From contig OZ242365.1 in NCBI GenBank assembly GCA_965208905.1, positions 1,792,001 to 1,856,000 of the forward strand: 64,000 nt of DNA. Reading direction: 5' to 3'. A program made the translations under genes and the position numbers. Under the pieces are notes generated by a model. That model saw only the letters and a program-made list of their open reading frames with translations. It was not told where the DNA came from and did not search any database. How positions within the stretch are numbered: the stretch's first letter is position 1; every line of letters starts with the position of its first letter. Shown in pieces: positions 10,677-21,136 of this stretch. Origin of the DNA: Nitrosopumilaceae archaeon (lineage in GTDB: Archaea; Thermoproteota; Nitrososphaeria; Nitrososphaerales; Nitrosopumilaceae).

Positions 10677-11039
10677 GCTGTCGGATATGACATGTAATAC
10701 AGACGGCGCAAAGACGATGTCACCAGTATTAACATATCGTGCCGCGGTATATCCACATATGAACCGGCGACCGATTCAGCGCAAGCTGGACGGTGTGTGG
10801 CCGGGGATTGGATGTAGTGCGTCGTACAACTAGTCCGCAAGTTGTTGGATGCTGTCGTTGTACATGACGGTGAAGGGCGACGGCCTCAAGGAGGAGTGAA
10901 CAACCCATGTATAGTGGGGGACGCGCTACCTCCGGTTGAGCTCCCGGATGTGTCCAATTATATCACTGGTGCAGGGCTGCCGGAGGCGGCTCCGTGGGCT
11001 TTATACTAGTGGGACACACCCTAATGAAAAAGAAAACAA

Positions 11040-11885
11040 TTAGAATCGATTAACCAATCCAAGTTTAGATCTGGCAGAGACTACAACTACTGAGACTAGC
11101 GAGACTCCTAGAATCAGCGCAGCAATTGTGCCAAATTCTGGTATGACGTGAGAACCTACAAATTCAATATTCTCTGTATCAGCCAAAAAGTAGACTTTTA
11201 CTGTTTGCTCATCAATTTTGACATCGTTGGCCTCTTCACCGTTTACCATTACAAAGAATATATCGTCTATTACCTCAGAGGGAAAGTCTATCTGCAACTT
11301 GCCATCATCGTGGGCATATATGTCTAGTACAATTGAGTTGTGATCAGGGTTCACTATTGTTCCAGTAACCTCACCACCTTCAATCTCATATGGTATACAT
11401 ATCTCCTCTATGCTCAACATATGATTACCGCAACCCATGACAGGCTCCATCTTCTCTGACTCTATCAACTCAAACTGGACCTTGTTGTCCCGAGCAGTAC
11501 TGCCATACTGAGCCATTAGTGTGTATATTCCTGGATAAGACCAAGAGCTAGCAGCATATTCTGACTCAAAATCACCATTTGAATCCACATCCAACTGATC
11601 AACTAGCGCTAAGTTCCCATCAGGATCAATGACTTTAATGGTGATGGAGAATCCTTCGAATACGTTTGCTACATGACCAGTTACGGTAACAGTATCTGAC
11701 ATCATGTATGTACTACTATCAATCCACAGTGACAGTGGCACGGCTTGGAGTTTTGCCTCTTCTGCCATCTTTATGGGATCCCCTTCACATGTAGGACACG
11801 CTGGCTGCTGGGCCAAGGCAGATGAAGTTCCAACTGCTGCCAGAGTCAACATTACTGTAAATAACAATGTCATTCTAATTCTCAT
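11040..11885 (-). CDS. PEFG-CTERM surface protein
   Basis: Signal peptide; HVIPEFGTIAALIL + TM + basic tail. Confidence 0.9.
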   Translation of the reverse strand: MRIRMTLLFTVMLTLAAVGTSSALAQQPACPTCEGDPIKMAEEAKLQAVPLSLWIDSSTYMMSDTVTVTGHVANVFEGFSITIKVIDPDGNLALVDQLDVDSNGDFESEYAASSWSYPGIYTLMAQYGSTARDNKVQFELIESEKMEPVMGCGNHMLSIEEICIPYEIEGGEVTGTIVNPDHNSIVLDIYAHDDGKLQIDFPSEVIDDIFFVMVNGEEANDVKIDEQTVKVYFLADTENIEFVGSHVIPEFGTIAALILGVSLVSVVVVSARSKLGLVNRF

Positions 11886-12017
11886 ATTGAATATAGAGAG
11901 GAATCGTCTCTATTTATGTATAATTGACTATTTGGATAAACGATGTTTCATAATTTACCTATACTATTCGGCTCACCCCTGTCTCTGTGGGCGGAACATC
12001 GTATAATATAATAAAAA

Positions 12018-12851
12018 TTAAAACTTGGGAATTATGCTGAGTCGAGAACGCGTAGAAATTGCAACTACTGATATTATGGATATGGCTAAAATGAGTGCAG
12101 CTATGGTACCAAATTCTGGAACAACTACGCCATCCGCAACACCAACTACTGCTGATGTGGAATATCCTTCAATATCCTGCTCAGCAATAACAGTGTAATC
12201 TCCATCCTGTGACCATAGTGGACCGCCAATCTGAATATCTTTAGCAAAGAGTCCATGCTCATCCATGAGGATTTGATCAGTCATTACAACATTACCATTA
12301 GGAGCTAAAACTCTAATTATAATTGGCATATTAGTAACGTCGGTCTGGCCACTTATGGCTATGACATCCGAACCTTCCATGGCATCGGCAGTCAATACCA
12401 TGCCACCATCAAAGATCTCTGGGCCCACAAGCATGGTTGGCCTCTCAAAGTTTGACTCTATTGCTAATATGTCGGGAGTCGTGCCATCTGATATGGGAAC
12501 ATTTACCTCCAACTTGTACATACTGGCCTCTCCCTGACTGGCTATAATGCGATATAGGCCATCTTCGGTGAGGCCGGCAACATTAAATGTTGAAGCAAAT
12601 GTGCCATCACTACTCGGGTCAAGCTGATCCAACTTTACCAAATTATTGGTGGGCGATATATATCTGAGAATTACAGGGTCATCACGTATGGTCGTTCCTG
12701 TTACGTGTACTATTGTTGATCCATCATCGGCAGAAGCTACAAGTTCCATTCCCTCAGAGGGCATAAATTCGGCACTTGCAGGCAATACATAGATGCCCAT
12801 CATCAGTATGGATATGGTAGTAACTGCATAATACATAGATCTATTTATCAT
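12018..12851 (-). CDS. PEFG-CTERM surface protein with two Ig-like repeats
   Basis: Signal peptide; repeated L.A.A..GS..I...G.T domain; VVPEFGTIAALIL. Confidence 0.9.
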   Translation of the reverse strand: MINRSMYYAVTTISILMMGIYVLPASAEFMPSEGMELVASADDGSTIVHVTGTTIRDDPVILRYISPTNNLVKLDQLDPSSDGTFASTFNVAGLTEDGLYRIIASQGEASMYKLEVNVPISDGTTPDILAIESNFERPTMLVGPEIFDGGMVLTADAMEGSDVIAISGQTDVTNMPIIIRVLAPNGNVVMTDQILMDEHGLFAKDIQIGGPLWSQDGDYTVIAEQDIEGYSTSAVVGVADGVVVPEFGTIAALILAISIISVVAISTRSRLSIIPKF

Positions 12852-13324
12852 TACAAAGTTGTATTATTCATTCTATTTATGTTTTACACACAAATTTGTT
12901 GGATGTGCAATCCCAAAATTAGTTCTCCCTCTACGTGGCATCATACACCTCCCCCGACTGCTTGTCTACTATGGTGAATTCTTTAGGTGACATCTTGCGC
13001 ATAAACACCTTGGCAGGCGCCTCCAAATTGTCCCAGTCCAAGGACATGTAATGTCTGATGTGGTTACACCAGCGTATGATCTCACGTGTGTCTGAAAACC
13101 ACTATTTCCACTACAATTTCCTTGGTGCTTCTTCCAAGCTCCTTTTGCCGTATGATGTATCTTTGAGTAGATCAGGTTTTGCCATGATCCTGTAACGTTT
13201 TCCTCCATTCCATACGCATCGCTTACCGAGATCATGTCTTAAATAGCAAACTGGTTTCAGGACTTTAGATTGAGAGATCTACCTGAGAATTCATATTATA
13301 TAATGTGCAGTGTTATGTAATACT

Positions 13325-13855
13325 ATGAGAGGACTTGTCATGGGCCGCTTTCAGCCATTTCACAATGGACACATGGGCCTCATAAGAGAAGCACTTCAAG
13401 AGTGTGATGATATCATAGTGGCAGTCACTGGATCACAGTTCAACTATATTCGCATGGATCCGTTTACCGCTGGCGAACGAATAGAGATGATTCAAGCCTC
13501 GTTATTGGAGTCTGATATAGACCCTCACAGATATATGGTACTGGGTGTGGAGAACCAGCCCAACGTATACACGTGGCTTTCATATCTGAAAGCCGCACTA
13601 CCTCCATTTGATGTAGTGTATAGTGGAAATGAGTATGTTGCTATGCTTCTGGCAGATTCGGGTATATCGGTGGTGGAACCACAGATGATATCGCGCCAAA
13701 CACTGAACGCCACCTCTATACGAAACATGATGGTACAGAATAATGCTTGGCAGGATTTGGTACCAACTGCAGTCTGCCGCGTAATAGATTCTATAAATGG
13801 TATAGAGCGCTTAAAGACAATTTTAAAGTCGGATACGGACCCCACAACTCACTGA
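13325..13855 (+). CDS. nadM: Nicotinamide-nucleotide adenylyltransferase
   Basis: GRFQPFHNGH, DPFTAGERIEM, ATSIR. Confidence 0.92.
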   Translation: MRGLVMGRFQPFHNGHMGLIREALQECDDIIVAVTGSQFNYIRMDPFTAGERIEMIQASLLESDIDPHRYMVLGVENQPNVYTWLSYLKAALPPFDVVYSGNEYVAMLLADSGISVVEPQMISRQTLNATSIRNMMVQNNAWQDLVPTAVCRVIDSINGIERLKTILKSDTDPTTH

Positions 13856-13968
13856 TGGCCCACAGAGCATGCCCGGTCTGCCCATGCGGATCTAGAAAGT
13901 TCACAAGAGTAAAGTCCGACAAAGCCAGTGTATGTTGTGTAGTATGTGGCCGCATACTAAAGATCTAA
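13855..13968 (+). CDS. Putative 37-aa Cys-rich zinc-finger microprotein (MAHRACPVCPCGS...CCVVCGRILKI)
   Basis: ATG overlaps the nadM stop (TGATG); two CxxC knuckles. Confidence 0.55.
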   Translation: MAHRACPVCPCGSRKFTRVKSDKASVCCVVCGRILKI

Positions 13969-14372
13969 CTGCGCGAGAGGTGTATATGTACAATCTTCCA
14001 TTCTCTGTTAATCCTTACAAGCACAAATGTGGCACGACCATCTACTGATATGTGCTCACCGGTATAATTTTTGTTGTCCACCAGCATGCCGGTCTGTTGC
14101 AGCTCAAGTGCTACGACGGCTGAATCTCCAAATATACTGACCTTGGGATTTATCATTTTGTAATTGTAATCTGATATACTGACAAAGCGTAGCTCTTCTA
14201 ACATGAGTGTCGTTTTAAAGTCCTTCATGTCTAGTGGAGGTACGTCGCTGAAGCTACTAAAGCGTGTATCATCTAATTGTAAATTGTATAATGTGGCAGT
14301 ATCCTTTGTCCTTCCCACCTCAAAGAATGCCTCTATAACATCAAGAATTCTATTGGTATCTGTGTTTGACAT
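13965..14372 (-). CDS. Nuclear transport factor 2 / SnoaL-like protein
   Basis: C-terminal GRATFVL....WKIVHIHLS pattern. Confidence 0.85.
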   Translation of the reverse strand: MSNTDTNRILDVIEAFFEVGRTKDTATLYNLQLDDTRFSSFSDVPPLDMKDFKTTLMLEELRFVSISDYNYKMINPKVSIFGDSAVVALELQQTGMLVDNKNYTGEHISVDGRATFVLVRINREWKIVHIHLSRS

Positions 14373-14374
14373 GA

Positions 14375-14929
14375 CTACTGTAGTGGTATGGGTAGCATAA
14401 CATATACCTGTTTTATGCCCGAGTCGGTTATCTCTATTATGGGTGACATCTCTGAATTGAATGTTAATGCTAGTGTATAGTGGCTTGAGCCTATCTGTAT
14501 GGTATCTACACCTGTAACACCATAAATTGTGGATATCAATCCAGCACCTGTTAGGCCCGCCAAAGCTGGATTGTACGGGTCTGTTATATTTATCAATTCT
14601 ATACTGTCATTGGAGCTACCCACCGTTATAAAGGCTTGATCCCCACCAGTCAAAGACTCTGTGCTTTCAGGGTTGTGTATAAAGATCAGTGGTTGACCAC
14701 TCTGTATGGTGTTCATATATTTAACATTGAACGGGTCTATGATGTCGGCCAATGTAACTGTATTGGTACGATAACTTATGACTACCATGACAATCCTGTC
14801 TCCCACTTGCACGGTAGTGACGTCAAGGCTGGCTGTCGGAGATAACCGCCTGAGGGGCACCACCTGCAACACCGGCGACCCAAGCACGACAGCCTCTTGA
14901 CAACTAGGGCATATCGGCCGCCACCCCAC
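14375..14929 (-). pseudogene. Fragment of an LVIVD-repeat-like surface protein
   Basis: IELINITDPYNP, TIQIGSSHYTLA and TTVQVGDR repeat-like motifs; no credible N-terminus; abuts phnE. Confidence 0.5.
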
Positions 14930-15701
14930 GCTGCGACTTTACCACGTAGCGGTCCCGCAGCTTGACGCTTATCCAGTCTATCACCAGCACGGTGGCCAGT
15001 ACCACCAGCATGAAAAAGACAGCCTTTCCGTACTGAAGATACTTGGTATATGTGATTATGTAAAATCCTATCCCACCGGCCCCCACCAGTCCCAATATGC
15101 TGGTCTGTCTCACGTTATAGTCGAACATGTACAGCAGGTGTCCCAACAGATGGGAGGCAGACTCGGGTATCACCACGAACCGTATCAGCTGCAGCCGGGA
15201 GAGCCCTATGGAGCTGGCCGAGTCCATAGGATCGGCATCCACAGCCTCTATGGATTCGTACTGCAACTTGGCAACAAACCCCAACGTGTACATGGTAATG
15301 GCCAGTATGCCGGCGAACGGGCCCGGACCTACCATTATGATAAACAGCAGCGCCCACATTATGGACGGGAGCGTACGCGCCATGGCCAGCAGGCCCCGCA
15401 TGGGAACATACACCCACCTGCTGGCCAGGTTACGCGAAGCCAGGAGACTCATGGGCAGGGCCAGCGCATACCCCACCATAGTCCCAATAAATGCCATTTG
15501 GATGGTCTCTAGCATGGCCCACACTGCGTTGTATGCCATGTTATCAGTGACCGTGGTAAGCTCCACCATAACCTCCTCTATCAACTGCCACAACCGGGGC
15601 AGCCCCTCTGCGAACTCCACCGGGCTGGCCTCTATGTGCCAAGAGGCAGCAATCACCAGGGCAACGACCGCCCCGATCATCAGGTTACTTTTGGGAGTCA
15701 T
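14904..15701 (-). CDS. phnE: Phosphonate ABC transporter permease
   Basis: ETIQMAFIGT, RTLPSIMWAL, GPFAGILA, NVRQTSILGLVGAGGIG. Confidence 0.9.
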   Translation of the reverse strand: MTPKSNLMIGAVVALVIAASWHIEASPVEFAEGLPRLWQLIEEVMVELTTVTDNMAYNAVWAMLETIQMAFIGTMVGYALALPMSLLASRNLASRWVYVPMRGLLAMARTLPSIMWALLFIIMVGPGPFAGILAITMYTLGFVAKLQYESIEAVDADPMDSASSIGLSRLQLIRFVVIPESASHLLGHLLYMFDYNVRQTSILGLVGAGGIGFYIITYTKYLQYGKAVFFMLVVLATVLVIDWISVKLRDRYVVKSQRGVAADMP

Positions 15702-16527
15702 CGTACATCTCTAGTATCTCTTGAGTGGTCAGGTTGCCCGACTGAAAGTCCAGTATGTGGACATGGTCATGGTCGATGCCCATCTCCATTATTTTGCGTC
15801 CCTCCTGCATGACAGCCACCCGGTCAGCGTACTCCAGCGCCAGACTCATATCGTGGTGTATCATTATCGCAGTCAGGCCCGTGTCCCTTTGCATGACGGC
15901 CACCAAGTCCATTATATCCCTAGAGGTGACGCTGTCCAGCTCCGAGACTATCTCGTCGGCCAACAGAATGCGCGGATTCTGCATGAATGCCCGCGCGATG
16001 GCTACCCGCCTCTTCTCACCGCCGCTGAGCATGTACGCCTTGCGACTCTCCTTGCCGGACAACCCCACCATCTCCAGTATGCGGCGCGCCTCGGCCATAT
16101 CCTCCTCCGAATACCTCTTTAGGAGTGACTGCAGGGCGCCCATCCTAGGTAGGGCTCCAATCATCACATTATCCAGTACGGAGGAGTTGCGGACCAGTCC
16201 TAGACTCTGTGGTATGTACCCTATACGGGCCATTGCACTCTGAAATCTTCTGTTGTGCTGGTCCGGTCTGTGGCTGTCAACCATGATGGTTCCACGGTTG
16301 GGAATCATCAGGCCGTTCATGATCTTGAGCAGAGTGGACTTGCCGGATCCGGATTTGCCCACTATCGCATAGTTGGAGCCAGCCGACACCCTCATGTTTA
16401 TCTCTCGGATGGTCGTGCTGCGAGCATCATAGGATGCCCAGACATCCTCCATGCAGATTATGCAACTGTCTGGCTCCGCCTTGTCGATGTCGTGTGTTTC
16501 CGACTGTATGCTGGCATGATACGACAA
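15685..16527 (-). CDS. phnC: Phosphonate ABC transporter ATP-binding protein
   Basis: Walker A GKSGSGKST, LSGGEKRRVAIARA, LADE; next to phnE. Confidence 0.88.
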   Translation of the reverse strand: MSYHASIQSETHDIDKAEPDSCIICMEDVWASYDARSTTIREINMRVSAGSNYAIVGKSGSGKSTLLKIMNGLMIPNRGTIMVDSHRPDQHNRRFQSAMARIGYIPQSLGLVRNSSVLDNVMIGALPRMGALQSLLKRYSEEDMAEARRILEMVGLSGKESRKAYMLSGGEKRRVAIARAFMQNPRILLADEIVSELDSVTSRDIMDLVAVMQRDTGLTAIMIHHDMSLALEYADRVAVMQEGRKIMEMGIDHDHVHILDFQSGNLTTQEILEMYDDSQK

Positions 16528-16999
16528 CCTACCATTTTGACATGGTAGTGGTTTATAACAATCTTACGGCTTTCGACATCTAATCTAAAAGTGATCTGTA
16601 TAAATTCAAGACAGATGCGTACCATCCCCTCTACGAATGTATTTGTGCGACCCGTATGCCCGCACATGGCAGCACGACATGCCGAAACCACCACGACCCT
16701 CCGCCGGCCGGCCAACGGGACATCCCATCTGACATGACCCGTGTCACATATGACAGACGGCGGATACTACCCGTTCGTCCAGATGATGGGGGCTTCCTGT
16801 TGGTGCCAGTCCAGCAGTATGGCGCCTTGGGGAATCTATCGTTATGATTCTCTTTCGGCTATTACATTTGGTTAAAATGAAATTTATGATCTTAAACATT
16901 TAATATATGATCGACTGGATTTGATCTGTTATCTGTTTGTAGAATAAGACAGTAAGCTCTTACGCAACACTATATAAACACACAGAGAACGTTCTGTCA

Positions 17000-18088
17000 A
17001 TGAAACAAATTATTATAGCGTTGGCGGTTATGGCCAGTCTGGTCATAGTGCCTGCCACGCAAGCAGCTGAAGCTCAATCAATGTCCGATGTCGAGTCAAA
17101 GATACCTCAATATGTGAAGTTTCTGGCAGAAGGTTGGGTGGGCGGCTCGATCTCCGACGATGAATTCATAGTCGCGTTGCAGGATCTTATTGCAGCAGAT
17201 GTCATACCCCTCGAATCCCGCATAACAGGTACCGACTCGTTGACCATCGGATTCATTCCTGTAAAGCCGGTGGATTTCAGTGGCTTTGAACCCGCTGCGG
17301 AAGCATTTGCAGAGTTCTTGGAGAGCCAGCTGGGAGTTGATGTAGAGACAAACACACCCTCCAGCTACGAGCCCATAATAGAGAGCCTGAGGTTTGGTCA
17401 TATAGACGCAGCCATAATGGATACTGGCCCCGCATGCATAGCCATTTCACAGTCTGGCGCCGAGGTTCTGATGGCCGAGGTCGACAGCGGCAGGATATAC
17501 TATCAGGCCACAGTCTGGGTAAGCGCCGACAATGATGATGAGATAGAATCCCTAGACTATGTCCTAGACAAGAAGGTCTCCTTCACCAGCCAGACGGGTT
17601 CATCTGGATTCGTTAGGCCATTCGGCTCGCTGGTCACCGACGGACATGTCACCATCAATGGTGATGATGTTGTGGCCCTAGAACAGGCAATAGATGATGC
17701 ATTCGAGAGTCACGCATTTCCGGGATCCTATAGTGGAGCAGCCGAGCTGCTGGCCGCGGGCGTGGTCGATGTAGCCTTTGGTAACGATCGGCTCCCCTCC
17801 TACCTGCCCGAAGAAGAGCGTGGACTGATCAAACCAGCCCTGACACTTGGTCCGGTGCCCTCCCACGTACTGGTGGTGAGCGCGGACATGTCGGAGAACA
17901 ACAGAAAAGCACTGACTGATGCCGTTCTAAAGCTCAACGGAGGCCCGAATGCCCGTATTCTCTACGACCTATACAATGCCGATGCCATGCTGCCCACCAC
18001 AACCGATCACCACATGGCCGGCTTTTGTGACAATATCAATGATCTGATCGGCTTCGAAGACAGGCTACTGGACAAATTCCGTAACTAA
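17000..18088 (+). CDS. phnD: Phosphate/phosphite/phosphonate ABC substrate-binding protein with thaumarchaeal N-terminal motif
   Basis: Signal peptide; YEPIIESLRFGHIDAA, SQTGSSGFVRP, PVPSH; divergent from phnCE. Confidence 0.88.
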   Translation: MKQIIIALAVMASLVIVPATQAAEAQSMSDVESKIPQYVKFLAEGWVGGSISDDEFIVALQDLIAADVIPLESRITGTDSLTIGFIPVKPVDFSGFEPAAEAFAEFLESQLGVDVETNTPSSYEPIIESLRFGHIDAAIMDTGPACIAISQSGAEVLMAEVDSGRIYYQATVWVSADNDDEIESLDYVLDKKVSFTSQTGSSGFVRPFGSLVTDGHVTINGDDVVALEQAIDDAFESHAFPGSYSGAAELLAAGVVDVAFGNDRLPSYLPEEERGLIKPALTLGPVPSHVLVVSADMSENNRKALTDAVLKLNGGPNARILYDLYNADAMLPTTTDHHMAGFCDNINDLIGFEDRLLDKFRN

Positions 18089-18204
18089 CCTTACTTTTTA
18101 CGTTTTTAATATCATTAATTTATTTTCTATTCGTATAATATGATTAGAGACAGCTAAGCAATAAGCACCCTACAGATCCTGCCAGACACTCAAAAGTAAG
18201 AGTG

Positions 18205-18693
18205 TGGACGAACCGTCTCCTTAGAATAAATACGCTCATATCTTACCCATCTGTGCTGTTTGGACTTTGCGGGAGAGTCGACTACTAAACCCTCCGATTT
18301 CATTATGTTGTATATGTCACGGTATCTTGTATCTTGTCCCTCTCTTTTCAATCTCTTGGCAGTTTGCACATATCTTTCGAGATTGTTTTTGTGCGTATTT
18401 AGTACCGTATCATCGGATGGCGCCAAGCCTGGAGGTCTTCCGACGACGTGTTGAGCGTGAACCACTCCAGTCTTCAGATATTCGGCCCACAGTCACTGGA
18501 TGCGTCTTTACGTCACGTTCGGCTCCCTGGATACAGTTTTGGTACCTTTACCTTTCTCAAGTTGTTTTATTGCGTATCGTATTGATATGTCAGTCATCTT
18601 TGACTTCATTCTCCCATTTGATTTGTAAATCTTAATGTATTCTTGTTGTGTGCGCTTATCTTTACTTAAGCGACATGATTTCTGTTTAATATA
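18205..18693 (-). pseudogene. Degraded, truncated IS481-family copy
   Basis: MKSKMTDISIRYAIKQLEKGKG and IYNIMKSEGLV..SPAKSKQHRWVRYER fragments homologous to the 9714 and 63494 transposases; left-end-like sequence ending near 18693. Confidence 0.8.
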
Positions 18694-18743
18694 CGCGCCC
18701 AAGAAACTGACAAACTCTATTAAACATAAGGTACACGGCAAAC

Positions 18744-20399
18744 ATGATGAGAGACAAAGCTTTGATAACCAGTGCCCTCCCATATGCGAATGGGGAGATT
18801 CATCTAGGGCATGTGGCATCAACATATCTGCCCGCAGACGTTACCACCAGATATCTCAAAATGAAGGGGGTAGAGACATACTTTGTATGTGCATCTGACG
18901 ACTATGGCACACCCATTCTGATACAGTCTGAGAGAGAGAAGAAGACGCCAGAAGAGTACTCGGCGTACTGGAATAAGAGAGATCTTGAGGATTTTACTGC
19001 ATTAGACATTAACTTTGATCTCTTCTCACGTACCAGTTCAAAGGAGAATACGGAGTTTGTCCAGTATGTATTTAATAAATTAAACAAGGCCGGATACATA
19101 TACCACAAGGAGATAATACAATACTACTGTACTAATGACAAAAAGTTTCTTCCTGATAGGTACGTACAAGGTACATGTCCAAATTGTAATGCAACAAACC
19201 AGTACTCGGATTTATGCGAGAGATGTGGAAGCGTTCCTGAAGCTATAAAAGATCCAAAATGTGTACTCTGCGGTCAAGCACCCGTCATGAAACCTACAAA
19301 ACACTACTTTTTCTACCTGAAAAAATTTGCTAAGTCTCTAGAATCTTGGCTGGACTCAAATCCTAATCTGCAAACAGACATTAAAAAATATGTTAAAAAT
19401 TGGATAAAAGGCGGGTTGGTGGATTGGGATATTACACGAGACATAACTTGGGGAGTACCCATACCGCTATCTAATGCCACTGACAAGGTCTTCTACGGCT
19501 GGTTCGACAACCATCTGGCGTACATATCTACTACCATCAAACTACTAAATGAGAAAGGAATTGATGGTAAGGAGTTTTGGAACTCGGCGGACATTTATCA
19601 TTTTATAGGAAAGGATATTGTGTACCATCACTATTTATTTCTGCCTGCAATAAGATTGGGAATAGATGCAGAGTACAAACTGCCTGACTATATACCCACT
19701 CGGGGCCACCTTAGTCTGCAATCCAAAAAGATATCCAAGAGCCGAAATTGGTATATCGGCCTTCGGGACTTTTTAAAGACATATCCAGCAGACTACCTAA
19801 GGTTTTATCTGCTGTTCATAACACCACACTCTCAGGATGATCTCAACTTTGACTTGGATGACTTTGCTGCACGTATAAACTCTGAATTAATTGGAAATCT
19901 GGGAAACTTTGTAAACCGTTCATTGGGATTTACGACTAGAACATTTGGTGGTGTTGTTCCTGAACCTAACAATATGGACAGTGAAGATGAAAAAGCAAGG
20001 CAAGCAATAATGCAGATATCCAAAGATATGGATACACACATGGAGAGTCATCACACAGACAGGGCCCTGAAGAGATTGATGGAGTTTTCCGCACACTTCA
20101 ACCAATACTTTCAACATAAGGAACCCTGGAAAGATAAAGATGCTGGACGCTCTTGCATATTCTACTCTGTCAATGCTGTACACAGCATATCTCTGGCCCT
20201 ATATCCATTCATACCAAATGCAGCGGGCCGCATATGGAGACAACTTGGAATGAAACAAGACATAACCAGCAAGTCATGGAAGCAGATATCTACACTACCC
20301 ATAAAACCTGGCCATAAACTAGGAGATGTATCCCCACTCTTCAAAAAGGTAGACACCGATGATATAGAGCGTCAAAAAAGACGACTGCAAGAGCATTGA
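18744..20399 (+). CDS. metG: Methionine--tRNA ligase
   Basis: ALPYANGEIHLGH, Zn knuckles, FIGKDI, KISKS. Confidence 0.96.
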   Translation: MMRDKALITSALPYANGEIHLGHVASTYLPADVTTRYLKMKGVETYFVCASDDYGTPILIQSEREKKTPEEYSAYWNKRDLEDFTALDINFDLFSRTSSKENTEFVQYVFNKLNKAGYIYHKEIIQYYCTNDKKFLPDRYVQGTCPNCNATNQYSDLCERCGSVPEAIKDPKCVLCGQAPVMKPTKHYFFYLKKFAKSLESWLDSNPNLQTDIKKYVKNWIKGGLVDWDITRDITWGVPIPLSNATDKVFYGWFDNHLAYISTTIKLLNEKGIDGKEFWNSADIYHFIGKDIVYHHYLFLPAIRLGIDAEYKLPDYIPTRGHLSLQSKKISKSRNWYIGLRDFLKTYPADYLRFYLLFITPHSQDDLNFDLDDFAARINSELIGNLGNFVNRSLGFTTRTFGGVVPEPNNMDSEDEKARQAIMQISKDMDTHMESHHTDRALKRLMEFSAHFNQYFQHKEPWKDKDAGRSCIFYSVNAVHSISLALYPFIPNAAGRIWRQLGMKQDITSKSWKQISTLPIKPGHKLGDVSPLFKKVDTDDIERQKRRLQEH

Positions 20400-21136
20400 T
20401 CGTTCCACGTATTACCACTAGGGGATACTATGACCGTCGTACTGGTAGCCGTCTTAAAGAGAGAGATTATGGGGTATATCCACACGGTCTGTTCAAAGAC
20501 TTGGTAAATCTGGACGAGTTTGTAGTTGTGGTGCATGGTATGCGCAATAACAGTAGTGGGGCCGCATCCAAGGTACTGATTGCCACCAACACACTTACAG
20601 AGATGAATTACACAGGTAAAATCATAGGGTTTAGTTATGATGCCGATGTAATAGGCGGGCATCAAAGAGATAATTTGGAGGCGCTCCGGGTAGCCAGAGC
20701 AATAGCCACAGTGAATGGCCTCCATCTGGCAAAATTTATTCAAGACGTACGGTCCGAAAACCCATCTGTTCGGATTCGCATTATGGGACACTCGTTGGGC
20801 TCAGAGATTGTGATACACGCTGCGCAACACCTTGATGAGTTAAACAATTACCACTCCATAGATGCCGTATACTTGTTTGCTGCATCCATAGGCCGGGAAT
20901 ACTTGAACCGGCCATCGGTCTTGGAGTCTCTACAACATACAATACGCACAAAGTTGGTCAACCACTACTATACTGATGATGAAGAGCTAGCAATAGGCCA
21001 CAATGACGGTCACAATCCGTATCCTGTCGGACTGTTTGGTATACAGAGTAGCCTTGATATGATACAAGATGTGCAGGTCTCTCCTGCGAATCATCGTTTC
21101 TTCAGTTATATGGCAGTCTTACCTTCATTCCCCTAA
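20396..21136 (+). CDS. Alpha/beta hydrolase (DUF726/DUF900-like)
   Basis: VVHG and GHSLG nucleophile elbow. Confidence 0.75.
   Translation: MIVPRITTRGYYDRRTGSRLKERDYGVYPHGLFKDLVNLDEFVVVVHGMRNNSSGAASKVLIATNTLTEMNYTGKIIGFSYDADVIGGHQRDNLEALRVARAIATVNGLHLAKFIQDVRSENPSVRIRIMGHSLGSEIVIHAAQHLDELNNYHSIDAVYLFAASIGREYLNRPSVLESLQHTIRTKLVNHYYTDDEELAIGHNDGHNPYPVGLFGIQSSLDMIQDVQVSPANHRFFSYMAVLPSFP

Larger units (their letters stand above)
9579..11021 (+). mobile_element. Possible non-autonomous TnpB-derived element (about 0.4 kb) interrupted by the IS481 copy
   Basis: taa|GGGGT...ACCC|taa ends; after removing the IS481, a short ORF containing LTYRAAVYP resembles a TnpB N-terminus; GC-rich hairpin-like 3' part. 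Confidence 0.3.

Noticed and set aside
12969-13235. 88-aa ORF
   Set aside because: No recognisable motif; possibly pseudogene debris.
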